Assembly: GCA_007130885.1 (NCBI GenBank) | Contig: SLRQ01000050.1 | Span: forward strand, 38,661 to 102,660 | Reading direction: 5' to 3' | DNA length: 64,000 nt | Origin: Deltaproteobacteria bacterium | Lineage (GTDB): Bacteria > Myxococcota > Myxococcia > SLRQ01 | Part shown: positions 1 to 10,600 of the stretch, in pieces | Layout: every line of letters begins with the position of its first letter | Position numbering within the stretch: the stretch's first letter is position 1 | The notes under the pieces: model-generated | What the model was told of the DNA's origin: nothing | What the model saw: only the letters and a program-made list of their open reading frames with translations | The model's database searches: none | Program-made: the position numbers and the translations under genes

Positions 1-3000
1 TGGCCTCGGCCAAATCGATTGCCGCGATTATGCGGCGGCACTTGGGCTCAAAGAGAGCTCCCATGGAGCAGGTGGGATCGGATGCTATCCACACGCGCTC
101 CAGGCCCTCTGGATGCTTGGAGGTGTAGTTGGTTACAAGGCCCACCACAACGCCGCAGGTGCTCTCCCCGAGAGGTCGATCCGCTGGAATCAATGCTCTT
201 CCATCCGGGTCGAGATCCAGCTCCATGAAACGGCCTCGCACCATGTCCAGGTGCGGCACCGCCCCCCTCGAGCTCGAGTGACCCTCGAGCATGCGCGCAA
301 GCTCGTAGGGGTATACGCAGCCCATGCGGCTGGCGCGGACGACGCGCAGCTCGTAGGGCGATAGGGCGCGGATGGGGACCTTGGAGGGCGTCTCGGTGCG
401 TACCTCCATGCGATGGCGGCCGGGGCGCTCCACCACGAAGACCGTGTCGCTTGTCTCTCCGCTCTCCGAGGACAAGGTACGAGCGCAGACCACGACCTTC
501 TCGAGGCCGAGGCCACGAGCGTGAGCCTCCAGCCGTCGAGCAGCCCTTACGATACCTTGGACATCCAGGCGCATCAGGGGACGTACGTGGAACGTGATTC
601 GGTTCCAGCGCAGGCGCCGCCGGGGGTCGCGGCGTGACTGCTCCTGCCTTATGACCCGCAGGGCCTCGAACCAAGCTCGTTCGAACTCCCAAAGGCTCTC
701 GTCCTTGCCGGCTTCACCCAGGTCATCGGGCACGTCGCCCACCTCGGCCGTTACGAATATTCGCTCATCTTCGGGGTTGCTCCGGGCGTGCGCCCGAAAG
801 GCGACTATTTGTTCAGGCGCCTCGATGCGTTCGAGCTCGAACTCCGAAAGACGCCAAATCTCCAGACGGCGAGCGGTCTCGGGGTGAATGTCGAAGCAGT
901 TGGGGTCCGCCGTGAGAGAGTCACCGAAATGCACCCAGGTTCTATGGTGAAGCGAGTCGGTGCCGTTGGCCCAGCTGACGGTGAGCCGGGCGAGACCTTT
1001 CTCCAGCAACGCGGGAGCAGCGGCGTCGATAGCGTGCCGGATGGCCGGCTCGTCACAGTTGCCAAAAAGTACCAGCTCCGCGATGTCGAGGCTGGTCTCG
1101 GCGGTTATCAGAGCCAGCAGCCGTTCTAAACTGGTCGAGTCGCCCAGAACCGCGAGAAGCATCCTTCCTTCTCTGTCAAAACGAGCGGTGGTAACGCTTT
1201 CGTTCGGTCGGGATTCGGTCAGGAGCCGGATATCCCGGCCTGCGTGGAGCCTTTGGACCATTGCTCGAAGAAGCAGGGGGGCCTCCGGTTTACCCGGGTC
1301 GGCCTGCTCCAGAATGTGCGGAAGCAGGGGATGATGCGAGCCGGCCAGCGCCTGAACCAAGGTTTCATCCTCGCCGGTCGAGCAGCGGCCGGTTCGCCAC
1401 TTTTCGAGCAATTCATGCAAACCCAGTTTGACTTCCTTGCGCCGTTGGACCCAGCGGAACTGTTCGAAGAGCACGTAAGCGGCCTGCCTGGCGTTGTCCG
1501 CGACAGAGGGATGGCTGTGATGCGCGACTTGTGCAACTTTTTCCAGCACATCCGCCAGCCCGGGATCCTCGAAGGTCGTTCCGGACTCATGCAAGGTGAC
1601 CACGACGCGGAGTATGGCGCTCGCCAACCGGTGGCGTGGTGCGCAGTGCGCATGCGCGACCGCGATCCGCCAAAGAGCTTCACGGAGGGCGTCGGAAGGA
1701 TCGAGGGAGCGTACGTCGTAAGCCTCGAGAGCCGGCCGGAGTAGTTCCATCACCGCTTCCGGGCAGCCGCTCTCGCCTTCTTGATGGCGACGGCAAAACT
1801 CGTAAAAGGCCAGCTCGGCGCTCACGGCCGAGGATCTTCCCTTCAGAGGGAGGAGATTCCGGTTGAAAAGCGACTCGACGTCGGCGAAGCACGCGAGCAG
1901 CTCCACGAGCCTCGTCCAGCGTTCCGGATGGGATAGCGACCTGAAAGCTTGTTCGTTACCAAGCAGAGCATCAATCCTATCCACGATGGCGGCCGGCACT
2001 TCATAGCCGAGAAACGCGCCCTTGAGAATGAAGATCAGGTCATCGATGACCTCCGCGGCCTCCACCGGCTTCAGCCTGTCGAGGATTGCCGGAGATGGCC
2101 GGCCTTCCGCAAACAGGCTGGAACACTTCGTTGGTGCGAGACCCGGCGGATGCTTCTCGGTGCTCCCTGATGTCTTATCGGCTTTTCGGGAGGAATCGAG
2201 GGTGTCGTCGAGTATGACCATCGGTTGTCCGGCGCGCACCTGTTGATTCGGCTGGCATAGTACCGATCGGACCAAGCCGGCTTCCCGGGCGAAGACGGGC
2301 ATCTCCATCTTCATGGCTTCCAGTGTCAGCAAAAGGGTGCCGGCCTCAACGGCGTCGCCTTCGCTCACGGCGAGATGGACGACCGTGGCCGGAGCGGGTG
2401 CTGCGATGACTCCGCCGGTAGCGTGCTCGACGTTCTGATGTACACCGTCAACCTCCACCGATATGCCGGTTCGCCCCCTGGAGTAGAGGACCTGATGACG
2501 CCGCCCCGAAATGTGGAGCACGGCGGAGTGGGGTCCGGTTGGTTCCAGGGTGACATCCTTCAGCAAGTCGTCGGGTCCGGCAAGATATCGATTTGGGCCG
2601 ATGGCGTGGACTCGAATATCGTGCACTCGACCTCGGATCCGCAGGTCGATCTCCAGGCCTTCCGGCGAGGGCAGCCGAGTGGGAATGCCGTTCTGGACCT
2701 CGGCGAAGAACTGCTGCAGGGCAATCCGGCGTCGGTCCCGCCAGGTGACGATAGCGGCGGCCAAGAGAGCTTCCATCTGCCGCGCGGGCTCACTGAACAG
2801 GCCATCGGCCGAGGCCCGATCGAGCCAGCCGGTGTCGGCTCGGGCCTCCAGGAAGGTAGGATTGGCGAGGAGCTCCAAGAGAAATGCCTTGTTGGTGGCT
2901 CCATCCTCGATGACGACGGCCATCTCGCGGAGCGCTCTCGTGAGACGAGCGATTGCTTGCCGCCTGTTCGATCCCCACGCGATGATTTTGGCGATCATCG

Positions 3001-4219
3001 AGTCGAACTCGGGGGCGATGGTCATCCCCTCCGCGAGACCAGTGTCGACACGTACTCCAGGCCCCGATGGCGGACGAAAGAGCCGGACGAAGCCGGGACT
3101 GGGAGCAAAGTCTCGTTCGGGATTCTCCGCGTTCAAGCGAACCTCGATAGCGTGACCCCTCGTTTCCGGGACTGCATTCTCAAGCCAAGGAAGGCCCCGG
3201 GCGATGTCTATCTGCGCTTTTACGAGGTCTATGCCCGTTACGGCTTCCGTAACCGTATGCTCCACTTGAAGACGGGAGTTCACCTCCAAGAACCAGGCGG
3301 ACCTTGTTGTCGAATCGTAAAGGAACTCAGCCGTCCCCACACCCTCGTAGCCGGCGATCTCGGCCATGCGAGCGGCCGCCGACTCGAGCTCTCGGGCGGT
3401 TTCGAACGGCAGAACCGGAGAAGGTGACTCCTCGAGCACCTTTTGATGCCTGCGCTGGATCGAACAGTCGCGTGTGCCCAAGGCCTTCGCTTTGCCATCC
3501 GCGCCGCAGGCTAGCTGAACCTCAATATGGTGCGCGCCCGTGACGCACTTCTCGATCAGTACTCCCCCCTCTCCGAAAGAGGCGAGCGCCTCCTGCCTGA
3601 CGGCTTTGAGCGCGGGGACCAGCTCGTTCGGGTGGTCTACCCTGCGAATGCCGCGTCCTCCACCTCCCGAGGATGCCTTCACCATTAGTGGATAGCCGAC
3701 GCTTTCGGCCTGTGCCGATATCCCGTCTTGCGTGGCGTCATCCGGCGCAACGAACCATGGTGCCACCGGCACATCGGCCTTGGCGGCTATCTTGCGAGAA
3801 GTGATCTTGTCCCCGAGCAGTCGCATGGCCTTGGATGACGGCCCCAGGAAGACAATGCCCGCCTCCTCGACTTTTTCGGCGAAGGCGGCGTCTTCGGCAA
3901 CGAAACCCCAGCCCGGCCACACGGCGTCGCAGCGTGCGGCGAGAAGATGTGACAGGACGTGCTCGTGGTCGCAGTAAGCGCTGCAAGGTCCTCGCCTGTC
4001 CGCTTCGGTGCCTCCGCTCGAGGGCCTTCGAAGAGCGGGACCAAGGTGTACGCTCTCATCAGCCATGCGGGTAAACGGAGTGCCTTGGTCGGGATCCGTA
4101 AAGAAAGCCACGGCGGCAAGGCTTGTGCCTCTCTCGATGTTGTACTCGCGCAAGGCGCGGATGAACCGGACGGCGGCTTCGCCTCGGTTGAGGACGGCGA
4201 TACGGTCAAAAGACCTCAT
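1..4219 (-). CDS. Single-chain biotin-dependent acyl-CoA carboxylase (BC-BCCP-CT fusion), 5' complete; C-terminal carboxyltransferase part runs off the window start (>1406 codons in window)
   Basis: Hand translation of the minus strand from ATG 4219-4217 gives MRSFDRIAVLNRGEAAVRFIRALREYNIE...AVWPGWGFVAEDAAFAEKVEEAGIVFLGP...YPLMVKASSGGGGRGIR, a biotin carboxylase ATP-grasp N-terminus. The same frame at 2200-2390 gives ...VSEGDAVEAGTLLLTLEAMKMEMPVFAREAGLVRSV..., a biotinyl domain with the EAMKM motif. The frame is still open at 1-700 (codon tops = 1 mod 3). No ORF in this frame appears in the supplied track, consistent with it lacking an in-window stop. The ATG overlaps the acpS stop (ATGA). 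Confidence 0.75.
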   Translation of the reverse strand, partial: MRSFDRIAVLNRGEAAVRFIRALREYNIERGTSLAAVAFFTDPDQGTPFTRMADESVHLGPALRRPSSGGTEADRRGPCSAYCDHEHVLSHLLAARCDAVWPGWGFVAEDAAFAEKVEEAGIVFLGPSSKAMRLLGDKITSRKIAAKADVPVAPWFVAPDDATQDGISAQAESVGYPLMVKASSGGGGRGIRRVDHPNELVPALKAVRQEALASFGEGGVLIEKCVTGAHHIEVQLACGADGKAKALGTRDCSIQRRHQKVLEESPSPVLPFETARELESAAARMAEIAGYEGVGTAEFLYDSTTRSAWFLEVNSRLQVEHTVTEAVTGIDLVKAQIDIARGLPWLENAVPETRGHAIEVRLNAENPERDFAPSPGFVRLFRPPSGPGVRVDTGLAEGMTIAPEFDSMIAKIIAWGSNRRQAIARLTRALREMAVVIEDGATNKAFLLELLANPTFLEARADTGWLDRASADGLFSEPARQMEALLAAAIVTWRDRRRIALQQFFAEVQNGIPTRLPSPEGLEIDLRIRGRVHDIRVHAIGPNRYLAGPDDLLKDVTLEPTGPHSAVLHISGRRHQVLYSRGRTGISVEVDGVHQNVEHATGGVIAAPAPATVVHLAVSEGDAVEAGTLLLTLEAMKMEMPVFAREAGLVRSVLCQPNQQVRAGQPMVILDDTLDSSRKADKTSGSTEKHPPGLAPTKCSSLFAEGRPSPAILDRLKPVEAAEVIDDLIFILKGAFLGYEVPAAIVDRIDALLGNEQAFRSLSHPERWTRLVELLACFADVESLFNRNLLPLKGRSSAVSAELAFYEFCRRHQEGESGCPEAVMELLRPALEAYDVRSLDPSDALREALWRIAVAHAHCAPRHRLASAILRVVVTLHESGTTFEDPGLADVLEKVAQVAHHSHPSVADNARQAAYVLFEQFRWVQRRKEVKLGLHELLEKWRTGRCSTGEDETLVQALAGSHHPLLPHILEQADPGKPEAPLLLRAMVQRLHAGRDIRLLTESRPNESVTTARFDREGRMLLAVLGDSTSLERLLALITAETSLDIAELVLFGNCDEPAIRHAIDAAAPALLEKGLARLTVSWANGTDSLHHRTWVHFGDSLTADPNCFDIHPETARRLEIWRLSEFELERIEAPEQIVAFRAHARSNPEDERIFVTAEVGDVPDDLGEAGKDESLWEFERAWFEALRVIRQEQSRRDPRRRLRWNRITFHVRPLMRLDVQGIVRAARRLEAHARGLGLEKVVVCARTLSSESGETSDTVFVVERPGRHRMEVRTETPSKVPIRALSPYELRVVRASRMGCVYPYELARMLEGHSSSRGAVPHLDMVRGRFMELDLDPDGRALIPADRPLGESTCGVVVGLVTNYTSKHPEGLERVWIASDPTCSMGALFEPKCRRIIAAIDLAEA
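2306..2320 (-). other. Biotin attachment motif E-A-M-K-M (biotinyl-lysine codon 2309-2311) inside the BCCP domain of the fused carboxylase
   Basis: Hand-translated codons 2320..2306 on the minus strand read E A M K M, flanked by TLLLTLE and EMPVF. Confidence 0.7.
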
Positions 4220-4626
4220 TGCTCCACCCTCTCTAGAATCACGGTGGCCGCGGCGAAGGGTTCATCGTGGCTCAAGGAAACGTGCGCATTACCCACTCCG
4301 AGGCTCTCCGCCGCGCCGGCTACACGGCCGTGTAGTCGTATGGCGGGACGTTTCCATGCGTCGTTGACAATCTCGATTTCGCGAAGGTCGAGTCCGCCGA
4401 AGGTTGGAGCGAGGCCGCGACGAGCGCTGGACCAAGCTTTCACGAAAGCCTCCTTGGCGGCATAACGCACGGCAAGGTGAGGAGCCATGTCGTCACCGGG
4501 GCGGGATTTTGCCGTGCGCAGCTCGCCCGCCGTGAAGGTGCCCTCGGCGAAGTTCGTTCCGGGCTCGCCGAGCTGCTCGCGAAAGCCTCCGAGATGGACC
4601 ACATCGATCCCTACTCCGAGAATCAT
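4216..4626 (-). CDS. acpS: Holo-[acyl-carrier-protein] synthase (AcpS-type 4'-phosphopantetheinyl transferase)
   Basis: 136 aa, MILGVGIDVVHLGGF...AAKEAFVKAW is the AcpS signature. Its start ATG overlaps the FAS stop (ATGA at 4626-4623) and its stop overlaps the carboxylase start. The fas-acpS order matches Corynebacteriales. Confidence 0.85.
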   Translation of the reverse strand: MILGVGIDVVHLGGFREQLGEPGTNFAEGTFTAGELRTAKSRPGDDMAPHLAVRYAAKEAFVKAWSSARRGLAPTFGGLDLREIEIVNDAWKRPAIRLHGRVAGAAESLGVGNAHVSLSHDEPFAAATVILERVEQ

Positions 4627-7600
4627 GCTCCCGCCTCCGTTTTGGCCTCGACCTCATCTCCTGACGGAGTGCTCGAGGATGGTTCGGTATTGGACGCTGC
4701 TCGCGAAAACACCCCTCTAGCGGGATCGAAGCGCGCGTTCGGATCGAGCAGCATGGAGGCTTCCTCGTCGGCTTGCGCGGCGGAACCATCCGGGGCGACG
4801 AAGCGGCGATGGGTTCGCTTGGTGAAAGCTGCTTCCTCGCCCATCCAAACCTTGGCCCTATGCCGCTCGGCTTCCTCTCTTCGATTCGAGGAGCGGCGCA
4901 GCCAGCTTTCGCGCTCTTTGGGGGACATCAGCCCGGCGAAGCAATCGGGATGCAGCACCAGAGCTACTCCGCTTACGTGACCGAAGCCCAAGGTGGTCAA
5001 CAGTCCCGCTCGAAGAGGGAGCGCTGGGCCGGGTCTGAGGGAGTCGTCGCTGAAGGCCAAATGCGAATGCGACCGCATCGCCGGGTCCACGTTCTCGAGG
5101 TTCCGGTTTCCGGGGATGATGCCCGCGGCTAGGGACTGACACAGGCCGATGATCTGCCATGCCGCTGCTCCGCCCTTGGCGTGACCTGTCAGGCTCTTTT
5201 GAGATACCACCCAAAGGGGGTTCCCCGGCGTTCGTTCGAGAGATTCCTGGATGCGGTGGTGAAGGTCGCTCTCATTGGGGTCATTCGCGTTTGTGGACGT
5301 GTCGTGCTTCGAGACGAAAGCGATGTCGTCGGTAGTCAGACCGAAGCGGGCAAGGGCTTCGCCGAGCGGCGAGTGCCGTCCACCGGTTGCGCAGGCGAGG
5401 GCTCCCATGCCGGGCGCGGGAATCGATTTGTGGATGCCGTCCCCGAAGGAGGCGGAGTAGGCGAGAACCCCAAGGACGGGTAGCCCCATTCGAGCAGCTA
5501 CGTCGCCTCGGGCCAGCAGCAGCGTGCCGCCTCCTTGCGCCTCGATGAAGCCACGGCGCCTGATATCGTTCGCTCGTGACATCTGCTCCGGCTCCATGCC
5601 CATCGCTTGCATCTCGCTGCTGGAAGCCGTGGCCCCCATGTCGGCAAAGCCAAGCGCCCCTTCCTTGCCTATGTCGTCGAAGCCTCCAGCGATCACGAAG
5701 TCGGCTTTACCAACTCGGATCTTGTCCATCGCCTCCTCGATGGAGACGTTGGCGGTTGCGCAAGCTCCGACGGGGTGAATCATCGGGCCGTAGCTTCCCG
5801 AAAAGGCCTGAACTGCATACGCGGCGACAACGTTGACCAGGGTCTCTTGAAGGATGTCGCCTTGGCGCTCTTGACCCAAAATATGGTCGAGGTAGAGCCG
5901 GTGTAGGCTTTGCATGCCGCCGATGCCCGAACCCTGGGTGTTTCCGACTCTAGAGGGATGGATCCAGGTGTACAGCTCCTCCGGAGTCAGACCGGCCGAA
6001 AGGAATGCGTCCGCTGTTGATATGAGGTTGAAGATGGTCGCGCGGTCCAAAGTCTCGACCATCTCGGCTGGAACGCCGTAGCGCGCCGGGTCGAAACCGC
6101 GAGGGACGATGCCTGCAACGCTTCTGTCGAAGTCGACCTCCCGCGGGACCCTGACCTCCGTGCCCGCCAGGCGGGTGACGGTCCATCGATCGCTTTGCGG
6201 GTCATAATGAGCTCGCGTGTTCTCGGGATCGTTTTGCAGGAAGCTCCTTGCTTCTTGCTCGGAGGTGACTGGAAACGAGAAGTCGCGCTCGAGCCACACC
6301 TTGGCCAGCACCGGCGCCCGCTCGGGGTCGTAGCCCGCGGTCTCCGGTTCGATGAATCGGATGCCGCTTTGCTTTCTCACGGTGCTCTCATACCGGGCTT
6401 TGATCTCGGTCTCCTGTACCGCCTCTTCGGTTTCCACGTCGATCCATCCCGATGGAGGTCCCGGCTCCCAGCGGACCAGCCCCGTCATCCAGGCGAGCTC
6501 GAGCACGCCGGCCGACGAGAGAGAGTCCTCGGTTTCGATCTCGAAGCGTGGGCGCGCGCTTCCAAACGGACCAACTTCTCCGGCTCCGACTATGACGACG
6601 GTTTCCGATAGGGGCGTTTCAACCGATGTAGGCCACGGCCGGAGCGAAGGAGGGTTGACGGCTTCGGGCCAGGCGTCCGAGCCGGTGACGGTACTGCGGG
6701 GCACGTTCACGGAATCGAGGAGCTCCGCCTCCTTCGACGAAAGAGCTGCAAGTCTCCTCTTCTTGGTGGTGGCCGCGTCGATGCGGCTCCTTATCCGGTC
6801 CACGGTGGCGCGAAGATTGGCAATGCGCCCGATTCCACCGGTGAGGTCGGCTCGCAAGGGTGTCTTGGACGCGGCGGCGCGAAGATCGTCCGTACATAGA
6901 CCGGCTAGGACCAGGCCCATCTCCGCGCTCGAGAAGGTGCGAGCTCCGGTTTCTTCCTCTAACGCCGCGGCGACGGGATCGTTGGCATCCATGAGGCCGG
7001 TACCTCTGACCCAGCCGATTCGAGCACCGCATATCGTAGTTGCGTTACCCCAGGCTTCTTGCTCGCTGTGCCAGCGCGACAAGAGAGTCTCTAGGCCGGC
7101 CTTGCTCTCGGCGTAGGTTCCGTCGCCTCCGAAGTCACCGTGATTCGGTGAAAGCGGAAGCAGAACGTGGCACGGGCTCCGAGGGATCCCAATTCTTGCA
7201 AAACGAGACGCCACGGCGCCAACCAAGCGCTCTACTCCAAGCAGCATGGCGCGCATGGCCGCTTCCGTGTGAGGCGAAAGACCATCCAAGGTGCCGATCT
7301 GCTTCAGAGCGCCGAAGGGCACCAATATGTCCGGAGCAAACGGCCTTTTGGTGGTTCGGACAGTTGCTCCGGCTTGCTCGGTGATCTCGCCGAAGACCCA
7401 GTCCGCGAGAGCGTCGATGTCCCCGACCGATGCCTGGTTGAACGGAACGACGTGAAGCTCGGCCTCGGGAGAAGCCTCGTGCTGGAACAGCCGCCTGTAA
7501 GAGAGCAGTCTGTCCTTGTTGTAAGTGGACGTCGTCAGCAGAACTCGAGCGCCGCCGCGCAGGAGATGGCGAACCAGCTCGAAGGCGATGGAGCCCGGCC

Positions 7601-10600
7601 CGGCTCCAGTGACCAGCGCCGTCCTCCCAGTGAAGTCCAAGGGATGCTTCGTGGCCGAAGCCAGTACTTCCCTGAAGACCGAGTCGAGACGGTCATCGTC
7701 GGGAGAGAGGGCGTCGCCGGAGAGCTCGATCTCGTTTGCGAGAGATTTCAGCGCGTCCGGGCGTGGGTCCGGCCGTTCTTCGTATCTAATCGAGCCGTTT
7801 TCAGCGATCTCGACCCGCGGCCGGGTTGCTTGGACTGGAACGGGCGCCGGCGATAATCGACCGGAGGCGAGCGATTCGAGGGCCTTCGCCAGCTCCTCTC
7901 GACCGTCCAGGCGAGCAAGCGAAGCGTACCAGGATGCCGTGGAGCAAAATCTTTCGGCATCGCGTCCTCTGCTGTGAACGGCAAGTCGCGCCGTCTCCTC
8001 CGCTAGGCGCGAGATGGACAGCCGATCGTTGGAGGCGTCCAAGTAGAGTTTTGCAATATCGCGTTGCGCGAAAGCCCAAGGAGAAGAGAACGCGACGTGT
8101 CGTTTTGACTCGAAGCTGGGCCTCACCATGCGCTCATACTCCGGTCCGTGCTCTGCCTCCCATGTTTCTAGGCGGGTTTCGGGGGACTCTTGCTTGCTTG
8201 TACCGGCTTCGCCGGCCGTAGCGTCCAGCCTGTGACCTAGATGGCCGGCCAGATCGCGAGCCGCGCGCATGAGTGCCCCGTCGGGTCCGGTGAGGCGTTC
8301 CTCGAGTGCTTCGACGGCCGCGGCGTCCACCACCTGCTGTTTCCCATTGCTCGAAGAGCCTCTTTTTCGAAGAGGGAGCCCGTTGCGATCCGCAAGTGTC
8401 TTGCAAACTTCGTCCAGCAGCTCATACGCCGCCGCCTTGCCGGCCGGCCGGAGGCCTGCCAGGGAGCCGAGAGGGCCTCCACGCGCGGATGTCCCCTCCC
8501 GGCTTTCGAGAGCGAGAAGGTCGAGTGCGGAGCTGATGAGTCCCGGGCCTAGGTTCCATTTTTCCGTGAGGTACTTTTGTGCCGCTTTGCGGTTGAGCCC
8601 CGACCGACCAAGAACTCGCCCTATGGCTTCGTCCTGTACTCCTCGGGTGAAGGGGCCGGGACCCATCCATGACCGGGCTCTGTGGGAAATATCCGCCGCA
8701 AGGACGCCAAGAGGACGTTCGGAGGCTCCGTCTATGGTGCCTAGGTTGAACTCGGCACCCAGGTCCACGAGAGCCTGATTGCGGCGCGATGACACGCCAT
8801 CGAATAAGCCGTCGATGGTTTCATCGTCATCGATTTGTTCGAGCCGAAGTCGAGCTTGCGTCGCCATCATGAGCCGGATTGCATCGAGAGGGCTTACCGG
8901 ATGGTCGACCGGCTCGGCGTCAGGCTCGGCACCCGTTTCAATGACGCTTTCGTTCGCTGAACGGGAGGGCTCCGCCACTTCTTCTCTTGTTGCGCCGGGC
9001 TTGCTCGAGGGAGACGGGCAGGCCTCGGTCGTGTCGTCTCCCGGGCCGTCCGAGGTGGGATCGTCGCGGTCGAGGCAGAGTACGCGATCCAGGTCGGCCT
9101 CCGCGTGCAGAATTTCCACTGTGTCGGCTTGGCCGAGATAGCCGAGGGTAGCCCTGGCCATGTTGGTCAAGACGGGTTGATGTTCGACGCCGATTTCGAT
9201 GATTCGCTCTACGCCGAGACCGCCTTCGTCTCGAGAACGAAGGAGCAGCTCTTGAGTCTCAATCCATCGAACCGGGCTTGCGAACTGCCAGGCCAGCAGC
9301 TCCACGAGTATGGTGCGAGCCAGGGCATCGGGCTGCCTGGCTAATTTGTCGTAGTCGTCGAGCACCTCATCCAGGGCCCGAGTTCCCGTCAGCTCGCGTA
9401 TCTCCAGAGCGAAGGAGCGCTCTAGTGAGAACGGAACGGCGAGCAGGTTCGGCACGTAACGGCCTACCAATCGATCGGCGGGAAGCCTGGCGGGAAGAGC
9501 CGCGTCGATGGCATCCCGGAATGCGTCGACTCCGTCGGAGAGCAGCTCCGAGTGGAAGGGCACGTCGATTCCGGGAACCTCGACGTACGGAGGCTTACCG
9601 CCTACCGCAATCTCCTCGAGCGAATGCCGCAGTTTCTCGAGAGCTTCGATTCGTCCGGTGACGGAGTACTGTCGTCCTCGAACATTGTAATTGACGATTT
9701 GCAGAAAGGCGCCGGTGCTATCTCGAATGTCGCCCACGAGCCGCACCGCCATTTCGTGATCGAGGCCGGCATAGTGGGGCCGAATGACCCCCATTCCGTA
9801 GCCGCTCTCCCCGCGGTCGTTTCTAGGAACGAGACCGTGCATTACGAGCCCGCGCTGGTGGACTACCTCGATGAGGGTCTCGAGCGGCAGGATGCCTAGA
9901 AGAGCTCCAAGCGCGTTGTACTCGCCCACACTGTGGCCGCAGGTGACCGCATCCTCCGCCAGAACGCCGCGCTCACGCAGCTCGGCGGCTTGGGCTTGTG
10001 CCAGAACGGCCATGGCTACCTGAGTGAACTGAGTGAGATTCAGTACGCCTTTTGGGTGTACCAGCGAGCGACCGTTCACGACTATCTCGGAAGGGTTATC
10101 GCGGACGATGCGTAGAATGGAGAAACCTAGAGAGCGCCTGGTAAAGGCGTCGGCGCGATCCCAGATCTCGCGGCAGGCCGCGGAGCGGGCATACCCGGCC
10201 ATTCCCATGTCGCTTCGCTGAATGCCCTGACCTGGAAACACATAGGCGGTGCGAGGGGCGGCGATGCGGGCCTCGGAGCGGGCGATCGGCACGAAGTCGT
10301 CGTCGCGGCGGACCTTGGCCGTCAGCGTTACATTGAGATCTCCAGCGGCAGTGCCGGTGCGCACGGCTTCGAGCCGCAAAGGCTCCCCCGGCAGGGCCGG
10401 GGCAAGGAACTCGGTCTCTTGCTTGCGAAGTCGACCTCTATCTCCAGCGGCGATCTCTTCGATCGCGAAGGCGGTAAGACGCGCGGAGGTCCACATGCCG
10501 TGCGCTATGGGCCTTTCCAGGCCCGCGAATCTCGCCATGACCGGACTGTAATGGATGGGGTTCAGATCCTGCCCGGCCTCGGCGAATGCGTGCATGGACG

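Noticed and set aside
2375-3427. 350-aa and 214-aa plus-strand ORFs (2375..3427, 2511..3155) and other ORFs in 1-4200
   Set aside because: They are antisense or alternate frames to the hand-verified acyl-CoA carboxylase reading frame. Gly/Arg/Pro-rich composition is typical of high-GC shadow ORFs.
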